Source: an uncultured delta proteobacterium (GTDB taxonomy: Bacteria; Myxococcota; Myxococcia; Myxococcales; Myxococcaceae). From it: DNA of 64,000 nucleotides. Where the stretch lies: positions 96,001-160,000 of the forward strand of contig CAVZMH010000019.1 in NCBI GenBank assembly GCA_963776345.1, read 5' to 3'. Below are positions 8,592 through 18,328 of the stretch, in pieces; the first letter of the stretch is position 1; each line of letters opens with the position of its first letter. The notes beneath the pieces are model-generated. The model made no database searches, was not told the DNA's origin, and worked only from the letters and a program-made list of their open reading frames with translations. The position numbers were made by a program, and so were the translations under genes.

Positions 8592-10667
8592 ATGCCCGAG
8601 CACCCTTCCAGTGGGTCCCCGGTGGGTGGTGAGCTCCCGCCCTCCGACCGTCTGGACTCCTGGAAGGAGATCGCCGCCTACCTCCGGCGCGACGTGACCA
8701 CCGTCCAGCGGTGGGAGAAGCGCGAGGCGATGCCCGTGCACCGGCACCAGCACGACCGGATCGGCTCGGTCTACGCCTTCCGGAGCGAGCTCGACGGCTG
8801 GGCCCGGAGCCGCAGCCTCGGTGGCCTGGAGTCCACGCCCGACGTGACGCCCACCGGCGGGCTGGTCCCGAGCGAAGCTCCGTCGGCGGCCGTCGGCACT
8901 CCGCCGATGCGGGGGTCTGCTCGGCCGTGGCGCGCCAGGGCGCTGGGTGCGGTCGGAGCGGTGCTGCTCCTCTCCCTGGCGATCTGGGCCCTGGGCGGCC
9001 ACCCGCGAGCTCCCGGGAGCCTTCTGGCGGATGCGCGCTTCCAGCAGCTGACCGACTTCGAGGGAATCGAGCAGGCGGCGGCGATCTCCCGCGACGGACG
9101 ATTCGTCGCCTTCCAGTCGGACCGTGACGGGCGGATGGACGTGTGGGTGACCCAGATCGGCACCGGCCGGTTCTCGAATCTGACCCGGGGCGCCACGCTG
9201 GAGCTGGTGAATCCCTCCATCCGCACGCTGGGGTTCTCGCCCGACGGGAGCCTGGTCACCTTCTGGGCCCGCGCGCGCCGGGGCACCGACCCGCCGGAGA
9301 TCGGCATCTGGGCGGCGCCGCTCCTCGGGGGACCGCCGCGCCCGTACCTGGAGGGCGTCGCCGAGTACGACTGGTCCGGCGACGGCGAGCGGCTCGCGTA
9401 CCACACGCCCGGACCCGGGGACCCGATGTTCGTGCGCGACCCCGGACCGGCGTCGCAGGCCCGGAGCATCTTCTCGGCGCCCGCCGGCCTCCACTCGCAC
9501 TTCCTCGTCTGGTCTCCGGACCAGGCCTTCCTCTACTTCGTCCAGGGCGCGCTCCCGGACCGGATGGACCTCTGGCGCATCCGGTCGACCGGAGGTGCGC
9601 CCGAGCGCCTCACTCGCCACGACGCCCTGGTGAGTCACCCGGTGTTCGTGGACGGGCGGACGCTGCTGTACCTGGTCACCGACCCGGACGGCTCCGGTCC
9701 CTGGATCCAGAGCCTCGACGTGGCGAGCAACGTCGGCCACCGGCTCGGCTCGGGCCTCGATCGCTACACCTCGCTCTCGGCGAGCGCCGACGGCCGGCGC
9801 ATCGTCGCCACCAAGGCCAGCCCCAAGACCACGCTCTGGACGCTGCCGCTGGCCGGGAGGCGGGCCGAGATGTCGTCCGCGGCGCGCATCCCGCTGACCA
9901 CGGGCAACGGCTCGTCCCCGAGGCTCGGGCCCGACTTCCTGCTCTACGTCTCGGCGCGGGGGACCAGCGACAGCCTGTGGAAGCTTCAGGCCGGGACGGC
10001 GACCGAGCTCTGGAGCAGCCCCGAGGCCCGCATCGTCGGCGGGGCGGCGATTCAGCGCGATGGACGCCGCATCGCCTTCACTGTCCGGCAGGGCGGGCGG
10101 ACGGGGCTGAGGGTGGTCAACGCGGACGGCACCGGCGCGCGGAGCGTCGGCGGGGCGCTCGAGGTGCAGGGCAGCCCCGCCTGGGCGCCCGACGGCCAGG
10201 CCCTGACCGTCGCTGCGCTCGTGGACGGCGCACCAAGGCTGTTCCGGGTTCCGCTCGACGGGAGCCCGCCGGAGCCATGGGTCCGGGAGCACTCCATCGA
10301 CCCGGCCTGGTCCCCGGGAGGCGACCTGGTCGCCTTCTCGGGCGCCGACGTCGGCACCACCTTCCCGGTCCGGGCGGCGAACGCCGATGGGAGCCCCTCA
10401 TCGCGGCCGGCGCTGACCTTGACCCGCGGTGCCAGACACCTCGTGTTCCTGCCGCAGGGACGCTCGCTGCTGGTCCTGCACGGCGAGATCGGCCACAAGA
10501 ACCTCTGGCGCATCGACCTGGACTCGGGGCTCGAGGAGCCGGTGGTCGATCTCCCGCCCGACCTCGAGGTGCGCGACTTCGACGTGTCGCCGGACGGGCG
10601 CGAGCTGGTCCTCGAGGAGGTGAAGGAGCACTCGGACCTGGTGCTCATCGAGCTGCCCCGCCGGTGA
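8592..10667 (+). CDS. Membrane-anchored protein: N-terminal HTH-like domain, TM helix, TolB-like (PD40) beta-propeller
   Basis: RLDSWKEIAAYLRRDVTTVQRWEK N-terminus; TM ALGAVGAVLLLSLAIWAL; repeated (W/F)SPDG blades. Confidence 0.78.
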   Translation: MPEHPSSGSPVGGELPPSDRLDSWKEIAAYLRRDVTTVQRWEKREAMPVHRHQHDRIGSVYAFRSELDGWARSRSLGGLESTPDVTPTGGLVPSEAPSAAVGTPPMRGSARPWRARALGAVGAVLLLSLAIWALGGHPRAPGSLLADARFQQLTDFEGIEQAAAISRDGRFVAFQSDRDGRMDVWVTQIGTGRFSNLTRGATLELVNPSIRTLGFSPDGSLVTFWARARRGTDPPEIGIWAAPLLGGPPRPYLEGVAEYDWSGDGERLAYHTPGPGDPMFVRDPGPASQARSIFSAPAGLHSHFLVWSPDQAFLYFVQGALPDRMDLWRIRSTGGAPERLTRHDALVSHPVFVDGRTLLYLVTDPDGSGPWIQSLDVASNVGHRLGSGLDRYTSLSASADGRRIVATKASPKTTLWTLPLAGRRAEMSSAARIPLTTGNGSSPRLGPDFLLYVSARGTSDSLWKLQAGTATELWSSPEARIVGGAAIQRDGRRIAFTVRQGGRTGLRVVNADGTGARSVGGALEVQGSPAWAPDGQALTVAALVDGAPRLFRVPLDGSPPEPWVREHSIDPAWSPGGDLVAFSGADVGTTFPVRAANADGSPSSRPALTLTRGARHLVFLPQGRSLLVLHGEIGHKNLWRIDLDSGLEEPVVDLPPDLEVRDFDVSPDGRELVLEEVKEHSDLVLIELPRR

Positions 10668-10731
10668 GGCGGAGCGCGCGCCCCGCCAGACCCGGGAGCC
10701 CGGGCTCAGCCCCGCAGCGCCTGGCGAGTGT

Positions 10732-12012
10732 TCACGGGCCCCAGTCCGGGGTGCTGTACTCGCCCTTCTCCAGCGGAAGCATCTTCTGGTTCTGCCCCTC
10801 GGCGGTCATCACCCAGAGCATCGAGGTGCCGGTCCGGTTGCTGCTGAAGACGACCAGCCGGCCGTTGGGCGCGAACGACGGCTCCTGGTTGTTGCCCTGG
10901 TCCTGGGTGAGCCGGGTCACCTTCCCGCTCTCGACGTTGACGGTGAACAGGTCGAAGGCGTTGCGCTCGTCGCGGGCGGTGAAGGCGATCAGGTCGCCCC
11001 GGGGCGACCAGTCCGGCGTCTGGTTGTAGTTGCCCTGGAAGGTGAGCCGGCGCACCTCCTTGGGGTTCGCCACCGAGAGCACGTACAGCTGCGGCGTCCC
11101 GGCCCGGTTGCTGACGAAGGCGATGCGCTTGGCGTCGGGGCTCCAGGTGGGGCTGGAGTTGATGAAGTAGGGCGAGTCGGTGAGCGGCTGCGGATTGCCG
11201 CCATTCGCGTCGGCCAGGTACAGCTGCGCGCCCTCGCCCTGGGCCATGCTGTAGGCGATGCGCCGCCCGTCCGGCGAGAACGCCACGCCGGTCACCATCG
11301 CCCCGGTGTTCACCAGCGGGAGGGCCACTCCGCCCGCGCGCTGCACGTACAGCGCCGGCTTCCCCGAGCGGTAGCTGGTGAAGGCCACCGAGTCGCCCTG
11401 CGGGCCCACCACCGGGAGGAGGTTGATGCTCCCCTGGGCGATGGGGAGCGCGCGCTTGCCGTCCCAGTCGCCCAGGTACACGTCCTTGCCCTTTCCCACC
11501 CGCCGGACGAAGGCCAGGTGCGACTGGAAGGGTCCGGGCTCCCGGGTGAACTGGCGGTAGAGCGCATCGGCGAAGAAGTGGGCCAGCTTCCTGGGGTTGT
11601 CCACCGGCTCGACGTGCACCAGCCGCAGCTCCTCCTTGCCGCTGGAGACGGTGAACATCCGCATCTCCCCGCGCAGGTCCCGCCCGTCGACCGACAGCTG
11701 CACCTTGACCAGCGCCTCGGCGCCGACGTCCGCCCAGCGAGAGAAGGTGATGGTGGAGGCGGTGAAGCCCTCGCGCGCGTCGGCGAGGTAGCTCTTCCGG
11801 TCCAGCACCTGGAAGATGCCGGCGGCGCTGCAGTCGAAGAAGAACGCGTTGTCGAAGTCCGGCGACACGGTCCGCGCGCCGTCGTTGAGCGCCTGGGGGA
11901 GCGGCACCGCGATCGGCAGCGGCCGGAAGTTCGCCCCGGAGATCTCGATCACCGGCGCCTGCGCCAGCGCGACGAGGGGGCAGATCAGCAGGCTACAGAC
12001 CAGGGTGCGCAT
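10732..12012 (-). CDS. tolB: Tol-Pal periplasmic protein TolB
   Basis: Signal peptide, PIAVP N-domain, repeated P(T/D)WSP blades; last gene of tolQRA run. Confidence 0.9.
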   Translation of the reverse strand: MRTLVCSLLICPLVALAQAPVIEISGANFRPLPIAVPLPQALNDGARTVSPDFDNAFFFDCSAAGIFQVLDRKSYLADAREGFTASTITFSRWADVGAEALVKVQLSVDGRDLRGEMRMFTVSSGKEELRLVHVEPVDNPRKLAHFFADALYRQFTREPGPFQSHLAFVRRVGKGKDVYLGDWDGKRALPIAQGSINLLPVVGPQGDSVAFTSYRSGKPALYVQRAGGVALPLVNTGAMVTGVAFSPDGRRIAYSMAQGEGAQLYLADANGGNPQPLTDSPYFINSSPTWSPDAKRIAFVSNRAGTPQLYVLSVANPKEVRRLTFQGNYNQTPDWSPRGDLIAFTARDERNAFDLFTVNVESGKVTRLTQDQGNNQEPSFAPNGRLVVFSSNRTGTSMLWVMTAEGQNQKMLPLEKGEYSTPDWGP

Positions 12013-12036
12013 CTCTGGGGTTCACTCCTCGGCAGG

Positions 12037-12804
12037 TCAGGGACGGAACATCAGGACCACCCCGTACTTCTGGAGTGCGTCCCGGAGGTGGGTCGGCGGG
12101 GGCGAGAAGGGCGAGGCGCGCTTCACCGCGGCCATCACCGCGGCGTCGAAGAGGTCGTTCCCGCTGGACTTGGCCAGGCGTGCGCGCTCCAGCTGGCCCG
12201 TGGAGCTGATGAAGACCGCCACCTGGGCGGTGAGCCGGATGCGCTCGGTGTCGGGGATGGTGTCCGACACGTCGTAGAAGCGGGTGACCTGCGAGCGGAG
12301 CCGCGCGTAGTAGGCCTCTCCCTCGGCCACCGCCGCGTCGCCGTGGGGGTCTCCGTCGGCGGCGCCGGTGGTGTCGGGCGCGCTCTTGGACTTGTTCATC
12401 CGGTCGAACGCGCCGAGGAGCTTCTGCCGCGGGTCGGCCTTCTTCTCCCCGGCCTGCCTGGTCTTCGGCGGCGCGGGCGCGGCGAGGGGGGACGGCGCCA
12501 CGGGGCGCGGCGGCTCGGGGACGGACACCGGCTCCGGCGCCTTCTGCTCCATCGGCGGAGGCGGGGGTTGCTCGATGCGGGGGAGCAGCTTCTCGTCCCG
12601 CGCCGTGCCCTGCCGGACCAGGGTGGCCTTGATCGGCTTCTGGTCCAGGTCGATGGCGGGCGTCTCGTGCAGCTTGGCCCAGACCAGCGCCAGCGCGAAC
12701 AGCGCCGCGTGCACCAGCGCCGACCAGAAGAGGAACCTCACCAGCGGCCCCTCGGGGCGCCGGGCGAGCAACGACACCGGTCCGGCGGCCGCGACGGAGG
12801 TCAT
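12037..12804 (-). CDS. tolA: TolA/TonB family energy transducer
   Basis: TM with SALVH motif, Pro-rich linker, KSSGNDLFDAAVMAAV C-domain. Confidence 0.82.
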   Translation of the reverse strand: MTSVAAAGPVSLLARRPEGPLVRFLFWSALVHAALFALALVWAKLHETPAIDLDQKPIKATLVRQGTARDEKLLPRIEQPPPPPMEQKAPEPVSVPEPPRPVAPSPLAAPAPPKTRQAGEKKADPRQKLLGAFDRMNKSKSAPDTTGAADGDPHGDAAVAEGEAYYARLRSQVTRFYDVSDTIPDTERIRLTAQVAVFISSTGQLERARLAKSSGNDLFDAAVMAAVKRASPFSPPPTHLRDALQKYGVVLMFRP

Positions 12805-13247
12805 CGTCCGGGGGCGCCCTTCTTCCGCCCCGGCGAGACCGGGTCGGTGATCATTCCGAGATTTCCGATGCCGGCCCGCTGCGCGGCGGCCATGACCTCC
12901 ACCACCACGCCGTAGGGCAGGGTCTTGTCGGCGTGGAGGTAGATCTCCTTGTCGGCCTGCGCCTTGGCGTTGGACTTGAGCTTCTCCTCCAGCTCGTCGA
13001 GGGGGACCTCCACGTCGCCCAGGAAGACCCGCTGCTTGGCATCGATCGAGAGCACCAGCTTCTTCTCGCTGGACTCGACCGGGGCGGCCCTGGCCTCGGG
13101 CAGGTCGACCTTCACGCCCTTCTGGATGAGCGGCGCGGTCACCATGAAGATGATGAGCAGCACCAGCATCACGTCCACCATGGGCGTGACGTTGATGTCG
13201 CTCATCGTGGTGCGCCCGGGGGCGCCCTTGCCGGCCGACATCGCCAT
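12801..13247 (-). CDS. tolR: TolR/ExbD
   Basis: INVTPMVDVMLVLLIIFMVTAP; ADKTLPYG. Confidence 0.93.
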   Translation of the reverse strand: MAMSAGKGAPGRTTMSDINVTPMVDVMLVLLIIFMVTAPLIQKGVKVDLPEARAAPVESSEKKLVLSIDAKQRVFLGDVEVPLDELEEKLKSNAKAQADKEIYLHADKTLPYGVVVEVMAAAQRAGIGNLGMITDPVSPGRKKGAPGR

Positions 13248-13268
13248 GGGAGTTGCCTCGCGTCTCCC

Positions 13269-13973
13269 CTACTTGAAGAAGTGCCGCTTGACGATGTTCA
13301 GGAAGTCCGAGGAGAAGTTGGCCATCTCGGTGTCGAACACCTTGATGCGGCTGACGAACGAATTGTACGCCACCACCGCCGGGATGGCGGCGAAGAGGCC
13401 GGCGGCGGTGGCCACCAGCGCATTCCCGATGGGCGCGGCCACCGTGGACAGCGAGGCGTTGCCCTTCTCGGCGATCTCGTTGAAGGCGGAGAGGATGCCC
13501 ATCACCGTGCCGAACAGGCCCACGAACGGCGCGGTGGCGCCCACCGTGCCGAGGAAGCTCACCCGCGACTCGAGCTCGGTGATCTGCGAGGTGCTGGCCC
13601 GGTTCAGCGCCCGCTCCACGTTCTCGATGCCCCCCAGCCGCTCGCTCATCGCGTTCTCGTGGCCGTCCTTGGTCTGGGCGAGCTTGGACAGCTCCTCGTA
13701 CCCGGCGCAGAAGACCCGGGAGATGGGCGAGCTCGGGAGGTTGCGGGCAGACTGGTAGATGGCGTCCAGCCGGGACCCCTTCCAGAAGGTGTCCAGGAAG
13801 GTGATGGACTGGTCGCGGGCGCGGTTGAGCTGAACGGCCTTCACCGCGATCAGCGCCCAGGAGACCACCGAGACGGCCACCAGCAGTCCGAGGACGGCCA
13901 GCTCCACCGGCGAGCTCTGTCGGACGATGGAGAGATAGTCGATCGCCGCCAGGGCGACGGGGAGGGTGTGCAT
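13269..13973 (-). CDS. tolQ: TolQ/ExbB proton channel
   Basis: APFVGLFGTVMGI; ALVATAAGLFAAIPAVVAYN. Confidence 0.93.
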   Translation of the reverse strand: MHTLPVALAAIDYLSIVRQSSPVELAVLGLLVAVSVVSWALIAVKAVQLNRARDQSITFLDTFWKGSRLDAIYQSARNLPSSPISRVFCAGYEELSKLAQTKDGHENAMSERLGGIENVERALNRASTSQITELESRVSFLGTVGATAPFVGLFGTVMGILSAFNEIAEKGNASLSTVAAPIGNALVATAAGLFAAIPAVVAYNSFVSRIKVFDTEMANFSSDFLNIVKRHFFK

Positions 13974-13990
13974 AGGGGGGTCGACGGGAA

Positions 13991-14020
13991 GCGGTACCAG
14001 GCAGGTCCGACTGCCGTCAA
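13991..14020 (-). promoter_or_regulatory. Putative sigma-70-type promoter for tolQRAB
   Basis: Minus strand TTGACG-18 nt-TACCGC; weak -10. Confidence 0.3.
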
Positions 14021-14144
14021 CGCCGTGGAACCCCTCCGCAATCCCCACGCCCGTCGGGGGTGAATACGTACGACGGGAATGGCGTCCTGAAGCAGGCCAG
14101 GGAAGGCCTGAAAGGCCGCTCGTTCTTCACCGGAGACGTCCGAC

Positions 14145-15167
14145 ATGCGCATCCGTGGGCTCACCTTGTGGCTGTGTCTGCTCGGCGGGCTGGGAGCGTG
14201 TGACTCCCGGCAGGGCGGGGCGATGACCGTCGCCTGGAGCTTCGGGGGCGGGAACTGCTCGGGCGCGGCGGTGGACCAGGTGCGGATCGCCATCGCCGGC
14301 GAGCCGCTCTCCCCGGACACCTTCGACTGCCGCAGCGGGCTGGCCAGCTTCACCAACTTCTACCCGGGCACCTACGTGGTCACCGTGCAGGGGCTCGACT
14401 CGAGCCAGGCGGTCACCTGGACCGGCAGCAAGTCGGTCGTGCTCGACGGCGACGTGAGCGTGCAGGTCGACCTCCAGCCGGTCTCCCAGCAGAACGCGGT
14501 GGCCTACCTCTCCTGGAGCTTCGACCCGGCCACCGGTCAGGCGCCCCAGTGCGCGAGCGGCCAGACCCTGGACTCGGTGGCCATCTTCGTGGACGGCGCG
14601 TCCACCAACCTCGCCTACAACTGCGGCGACGGGCTCGGCATCAACGTGGTGGTGACCCCCTACCTCACGCCGGGAGCCCACACGCTGCAGCTCGTCGCCT
14701 ACAACGCCGCCGAGGGGCAGACGGCCTATGCGCAGACGGACCCCGTGACGCTCACCTTCACCACCGGCACGGCCACGTCGCAGACGCTCACCATGCGCTG
14801 GCAGGTCGGCGGGCTGGCGATGAGCTGGGCCGCGTACCCGACCCTCGCCGCGTACCAGACGAGCCCCAACCAGCCGCTCACCTGCGCCTCCACCGGCATC
14901 GGGCCCGTCTCGGTCTTCCTCGCCGACCCGACCGACCCGAACACCGGCACGCAGTTCACCGGCTACACCTGCGCGTCCGGCGCGCTCCTGGACAACGCGC
15001 CTCCGGGCACGTGGCTCCCCTTCGTCGCCGCCTACGACGCCGCCGGGCAGAACGTCCTCTACTTCCAGGACGACATCAACGTGCCCCAGACGGTGACCGT
15101 GGTCGCCGGGCGCTTCTTCGCGCCGCAGGATCTCCAGACGCAGGTCTTCGTCCCGCTGTTCCCCTGA
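14145..15167 (+). CDS. Putative lipoprotein with three Cys-paired beta-rich repeats
   Basis: Lipobox LGAC; three modules each with an early Trp and two Cys. Confidence 0.7.
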   Translation: MRIRGLTLWLCLLGGLGACDSRQGGAMTVAWSFGGGNCSGAAVDQVRIAIAGEPLSPDTFDCRSGLASFTNFYPGTYVVTVQGLDSSQAVTWTGSKSVVLDGDVSVQVDLQPVSQQNAVAYLSWSFDPATGQAPQCASGQTLDSVAIFVDGASTNLAYNCGDGLGINVVVTPYLTPGAHTLQLVAYNAAEGQTAYAQTDPVTLTFTTGTATSQTLTMRWQVGGLAMSWAAYPTLAAYQTSPNQPLTCASTGIGPVSVFLADPTDPNTGTQFTGYTCASGALLDNAPPGTWLPFVAAYDAAGQNVLYFQDDINVPQTVTVVAGRFFAPQDLQTQVFVPLFP

Positions 15168-15206
15168 CCACAGGAGTGAGCCGCTGGCACGGTTCGTGGT
15201 AGGCCC

Positions 15207-16031
15207 GTGGACCTCATGGGCCCCGCGGATCCACGTCCGATCGGCGTCTTCGACTCCGGCGTCGGGGGACTGACCGTCCTCCGGGCGCTCCGGGCGCGCT
15301 TCCCCGACGAGTCGATGGTGTACCTGGGCGACACGGCGCGGGTCCCCTACGGCACCAAGTCCGCCGAGGTGGTGACCCGCTACTCGCTCCGGAACGCCGC
15401 CTTCCTCACCGGGCAGGACGTGAAGCTCTTGGTGGTGGCCTGCAACACCGCCTCCTCGGTGGCGCTGCCGGCACTCCGGGCCGCGCTGGGCATCCCGGTG
15501 GTGGGCGTCATCGAGCCGGGCGCGCGCGCCGCCGCCCGGGTCAGCCGCTCGGGGAACGTGGGCGTCGTTGGGACGCCCGGCACCATCGCCTCGGGCGCCT
15601 ACCAGCGAGCGCTCGCCGCCGAGCGTCCGGGGATGCGGATCCACGTCCAGGCCTGCCCGCTCTTCGTCCCCCTCGCCGAGGAGGGCTGGGTCCAGGGTGA
15701 CGTTCCGCGGCTGGTCGCCCGCGCGTACCTCGCGTCGATGCGGCAGGCGGGCATCGACACCCTGGTGCTCGGGTGCACCCACTACCCGCTGCTCCGGGGC
15801 GTGCTGGCCGAGGAGCTGGGGCCGGGCGTCACGCTGGTCGACTCGGCGGACGCTACCGCCGACGAGGTGGGCGACCTGTTCGCCCGGGGGATGGTGGGCC
15901 GGGCGCCTCCGGGCCGGGGGACGCTCCGGGTCGTCGTCACCGACCTGCCGGACCGCATCCCCGAGCTCAGCGCCCGGTTCCTCGGCGAGCGCGTGGAGCG
16001 GGCCGAGCACGTGGACATCGAGGCCGGCTAG
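15207..16031 (+). CDS. murI: Glutamate racemase
   Basis: IGVFDSGVGGLTV, VPYGTKS, VACNTAS, LGCTHYP. Confidence 0.96.
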   Translation: MDLMGPADPRPIGVFDSGVGGLTVLRALRARFPDESMVYLGDTARVPYGTKSAEVVTRYSLRNAAFLTGQDVKLLVVACNTASSVALPALRAALGIPVVGVIEPGARAAARVSRSGNVGVVGTPGTIASGAYQRALAAERPGMRIHVQACPLFVPLAEEGWVQGDVPRLVARAYLASMRQAGIDTLVLGCTHYPLLRGVLAEELGPGVTLVDSADATADEVGDLFARGMVGRAPPGRGTLRVVVTDLPDRIPELSARFLGERVERAEHVDIEAG

Positions 16032-16819
16032 CGGGTCAGGCGGGTGTCGGCCGGAGCGGGCGGCGGAAGGGGCATCGTCTCTTCCATCACCTGCGTGGCC
16101 GCGCGGGTTCCCAGGTCGTCCCGCCGGGGCAGGGCGCCGGTGCAAACGGTGATGCACCACTCCAGCAGCGGGAAGGCCCGCGCCCAGCCGAGCGGCCAGT
16201 TCAGCCAGCCGGTGGTGATGCAGTAGTGCGAGTTGAAGGGCCGGGTGTGGTGCAGCGCGTGGTGTGCCGGCGGAAGGATGAGCTGGCAGCGCTGCAGGAA
16301 GGTGAGGACCGGCGGAGGCTCGGGCAGGTGCGCCCACTTGTGGAACTGGTTGGTCAGCAGCACCCAGGCCACCAGCGCGCCCAGGAACGACGAGAGGAAG
16401 ACGCTCCCCGCGCCTGCCGGATCGGACGCGAGCCAGATGGCCAGGCCGAGGACGGGGAGGCTGATGAGACAGTTGTTGCCGTTGGTCTCGACGACGTCGT
16501 GCCGGGTGATGGCCAGCGGGTCCCGGTGGTGCTCGCGGAAGGGCCGGAGCACCGCCCGGCCGATGACCGGCAGGTCGGGAGACCCCCAGGTGTCCGCGGC
16601 CCAGTGCACTACCCCCGAGACCAGGTCCGCGGCCAGGTAGGCGAGCAGCGCGGCGGTGAGCACCAGCCAGGGCCTCCGCGGCACGTGCGGCACCAGGCGG
16701 ATGGCGAGCCAGCAGGCCAGGGCGGCGTACGAGAGCAGGCTGGCCCAGTCGAGCCGCCGGATGGCCCTGCTGGGCGGGTTCAGGTGCCCGCCGTCCCCCT
16801 GGTGCTCGCCGTTCGACAT
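16028..16819 (-). CDS. carF: CarF/TMEM189 plasmanylethanolamine desaturase
   Basis: His-rich motifs SGVVHWAADTWGS, PFREHH, ITRHD, NQFHKWAH, HHALHH, YCITTGW. Confidence 0.88.
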   Translation of the reverse strand: MSNGEHQGDGGHLNPPSRAIRRLDWASLLSYAALACWLAIRLVPHVPRRPWLVLTAALLAYLAADLVSGVVHWAADTWGSPDLPVIGRAVLRPFREHHRDPLAITRHDVVETNGNNCLISLPVLGLAIWLASDPAGAGSVFLSSFLGALVAWVLLTNQFHKWAHLPEPPPVLTFLQRCQLILPPAHHALHHTRPFNSHYCITTGWLNWPLGWARAFPLLEWCITVCTGALPRRDDLGTRAATQVMEETMPLPPPAPADTRLTR

Positions 16820-16869
16820 CTGGACTCCTCTCGTCTGGGACCTGACGAGACGCCCGGATGTCCTGAATT

Positions 16870-17775
16870 CTAGCGGAGGGGTCCGCCGCCGGTCTGCCCC
16901 TCCACGGTCGGCGCGAGGCCCCGGATTCGCCTGGGGTGTGTGTACAGGTTGAAGTTCCCTCCACGGACGAAGGTGGCCAGGGCAAGGCCCGCCCGCTCGG
17001 CGAGGTCCACCGCCAGACTGCTGGCCGCCCCCACCGACGCCAGGACCGGAATGCGGGCCATCGCCGCCTTCTGGACCATCTCGAAGCTGCTGCGACCGCT
17101 GACCACCAGAAGCGCGGGGCGGGGCCCGGGAGCGGGCGCCCGGCAGGGGCCGATGGCACCGGCGAGCACCAGCGCCCCCACCACCTTGTCCACCGCGTTG
17201 TGGCGGCCGACGTCCTCGTGCACCGCGAGCACGGTGCCGTCCGCTCCGAGCACCATCGCCGCGTGCGTGCCGCCGGTGCGCTCGAAGGCTTGCTGCGCGG
17301 CGCGGAGCCGGTCGGGCGCCGAGGCCACCAGCGCCGCGTCCACCACCGGCGCCTCGCCGAGCGGCTCGATGCGGGCCAGCAGGTCTTCGATCGTCTCGCG
17401 GCCGCAGACCCCGCAGGCCGTCGAGGTGAGCGTGCCGCGGCGGCTCGCGGTGATGCGCTCCCAGACCAGCTGCACGCCCGGCGCGGGGAGCACGTCCAGC
17501 GCGTTGCCGTACCCCTCCTGGTCGGTGCGACCGCAGTGGCTCATCGTGCCGAGGTCGTCGACCGAGCGGATGATGCCCTCGGAGAGCAGGAAGCCGGCGG
17601 CGAGCGCGTGGTCCGCGCCCGGCGTCCGCATGGTGATGGCCACCGTGTCGCCGGCGACGCGGATCTCCAGCGGCTCCTCCACGGCGACGACGTCCGCCCG
17701 CGGTGGGGCCGGAGCGCCGGGGGTCACGCGGCGATACGGCCGCTCGACGGTTCCTCGGTTCCGCACGTCGGGCAC
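16870..17775 (-). CDS. fdhD: Formate dehydrogenase accessory sulfurtransferase
   Basis: VEEPLEI, TMRTPG, GFLLSEG, CGVCG, TGGTHAA, EDVGRHNAVDK. Confidence 0.94.
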   Translation of the reverse strand: MPDVRNRGTVERPYRRVTPGAPAPPRADVVAVEEPLEIRVAGDTVAITMRTPGADHALAAGFLLSEGIIRSVDDLGTMSHCGRTDQEGYGNALDVLPAPGVQLVWERITASRRGTLTSTACGVCGRETIEDLLARIEPLGEAPVVDAALVASAPDRLRAAQQAFERTGGTHAAMVLGADGTVLAVHEDVGRHNAVDKVVGALVLAGAIGPCRAPAPGPRPALLVVSGRSSFEMVQKAAMARIPVLASVGAASSLAVDLAERAGLALATFVRGGNFNLYTHPRRIRGLAPTVEGQTGGGPLR

Positions 17776-18218
17776 GCTACCCCCGGTGCGAGGCCGGTGC
17801 GAGCCGCGGGTTCATGCAGCGCGTCCCGCATCCACTCGGAGCCCAGCGCGGCGGCCAGCCAGAACGGCGCGTAGTCCAGCCGCACCAGCCCGTGGAGGTG
17901 CATGCCCTCGTGGTAGCGCCAGGGGCAGTCGCCCAGCACGCTGCGCAGCGCTGCGCCCGAGGCGTACTCGGTGGCGTAGATGACCCCGAGGGACGCCGCC
18001 GCCCGGGTCAGGCGCGACCGGCGCCCGAGCTTTCGATGCACCGCCTCCAGCGCGAGGCCCGCGGCCCCGTAGATGGGATGCATCCAGAGGTACGTGCGCG
18101 CGGCGAGCTTCTTGTCCCGTGAAAGCGCGGCCTTGGTCCCGGTGAAGAGCACCTCGAGCACCCAGCCAGCGCACCCGTACAGGGCAAACTTCCGCGCCAG
18201 CTGTCGACCCGACGCCAT
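17724..18218 (-). CDS. Small membrane protein (CmpB/TMEM229-like)
   Basis: YGCAGWVLEVLFT, LWMHPIYG, EYASG, CPWRY, LDYAPFW. Confidence 0.65.
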   Translation of the reverse strand: MASGRQLARKFALYGCAGWVLEVLFTGTKAALSRDKKLAARTYLWMHPIYGAAGLALEAVHRKLGRRSRLTRAAASLGVIYATEYASGAALRSVLGDCPWRYHEGMHLHGLVRLDYAPFWLAAALGSEWMRDALHEPAARTGLAPGVACPTCGTEEPSSGRIAA

Positions 18219-18328
18219 CGGTCGTCTCCTTCCCGCTGCAGACGCTGTAGACGCGTCGTCAATGGTGCAATTCACCGGCCCAGCTGGCTGCCTGGAACGT
18301 GGCCCTCTTCGGGGGCATGCTCTCGGAC

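Noticed and set aside
8592..10667. Second tolB
   Set aside because: Has a cytoplasmic N-domain and TM instead of the TolB N-domain; opposite strand
14127..17159. 1010-aa minus-strand ORF
   Set aside because: Arg/Gly/Pro-rich with no motifs; overlaps murI, carF and the lipoprotein
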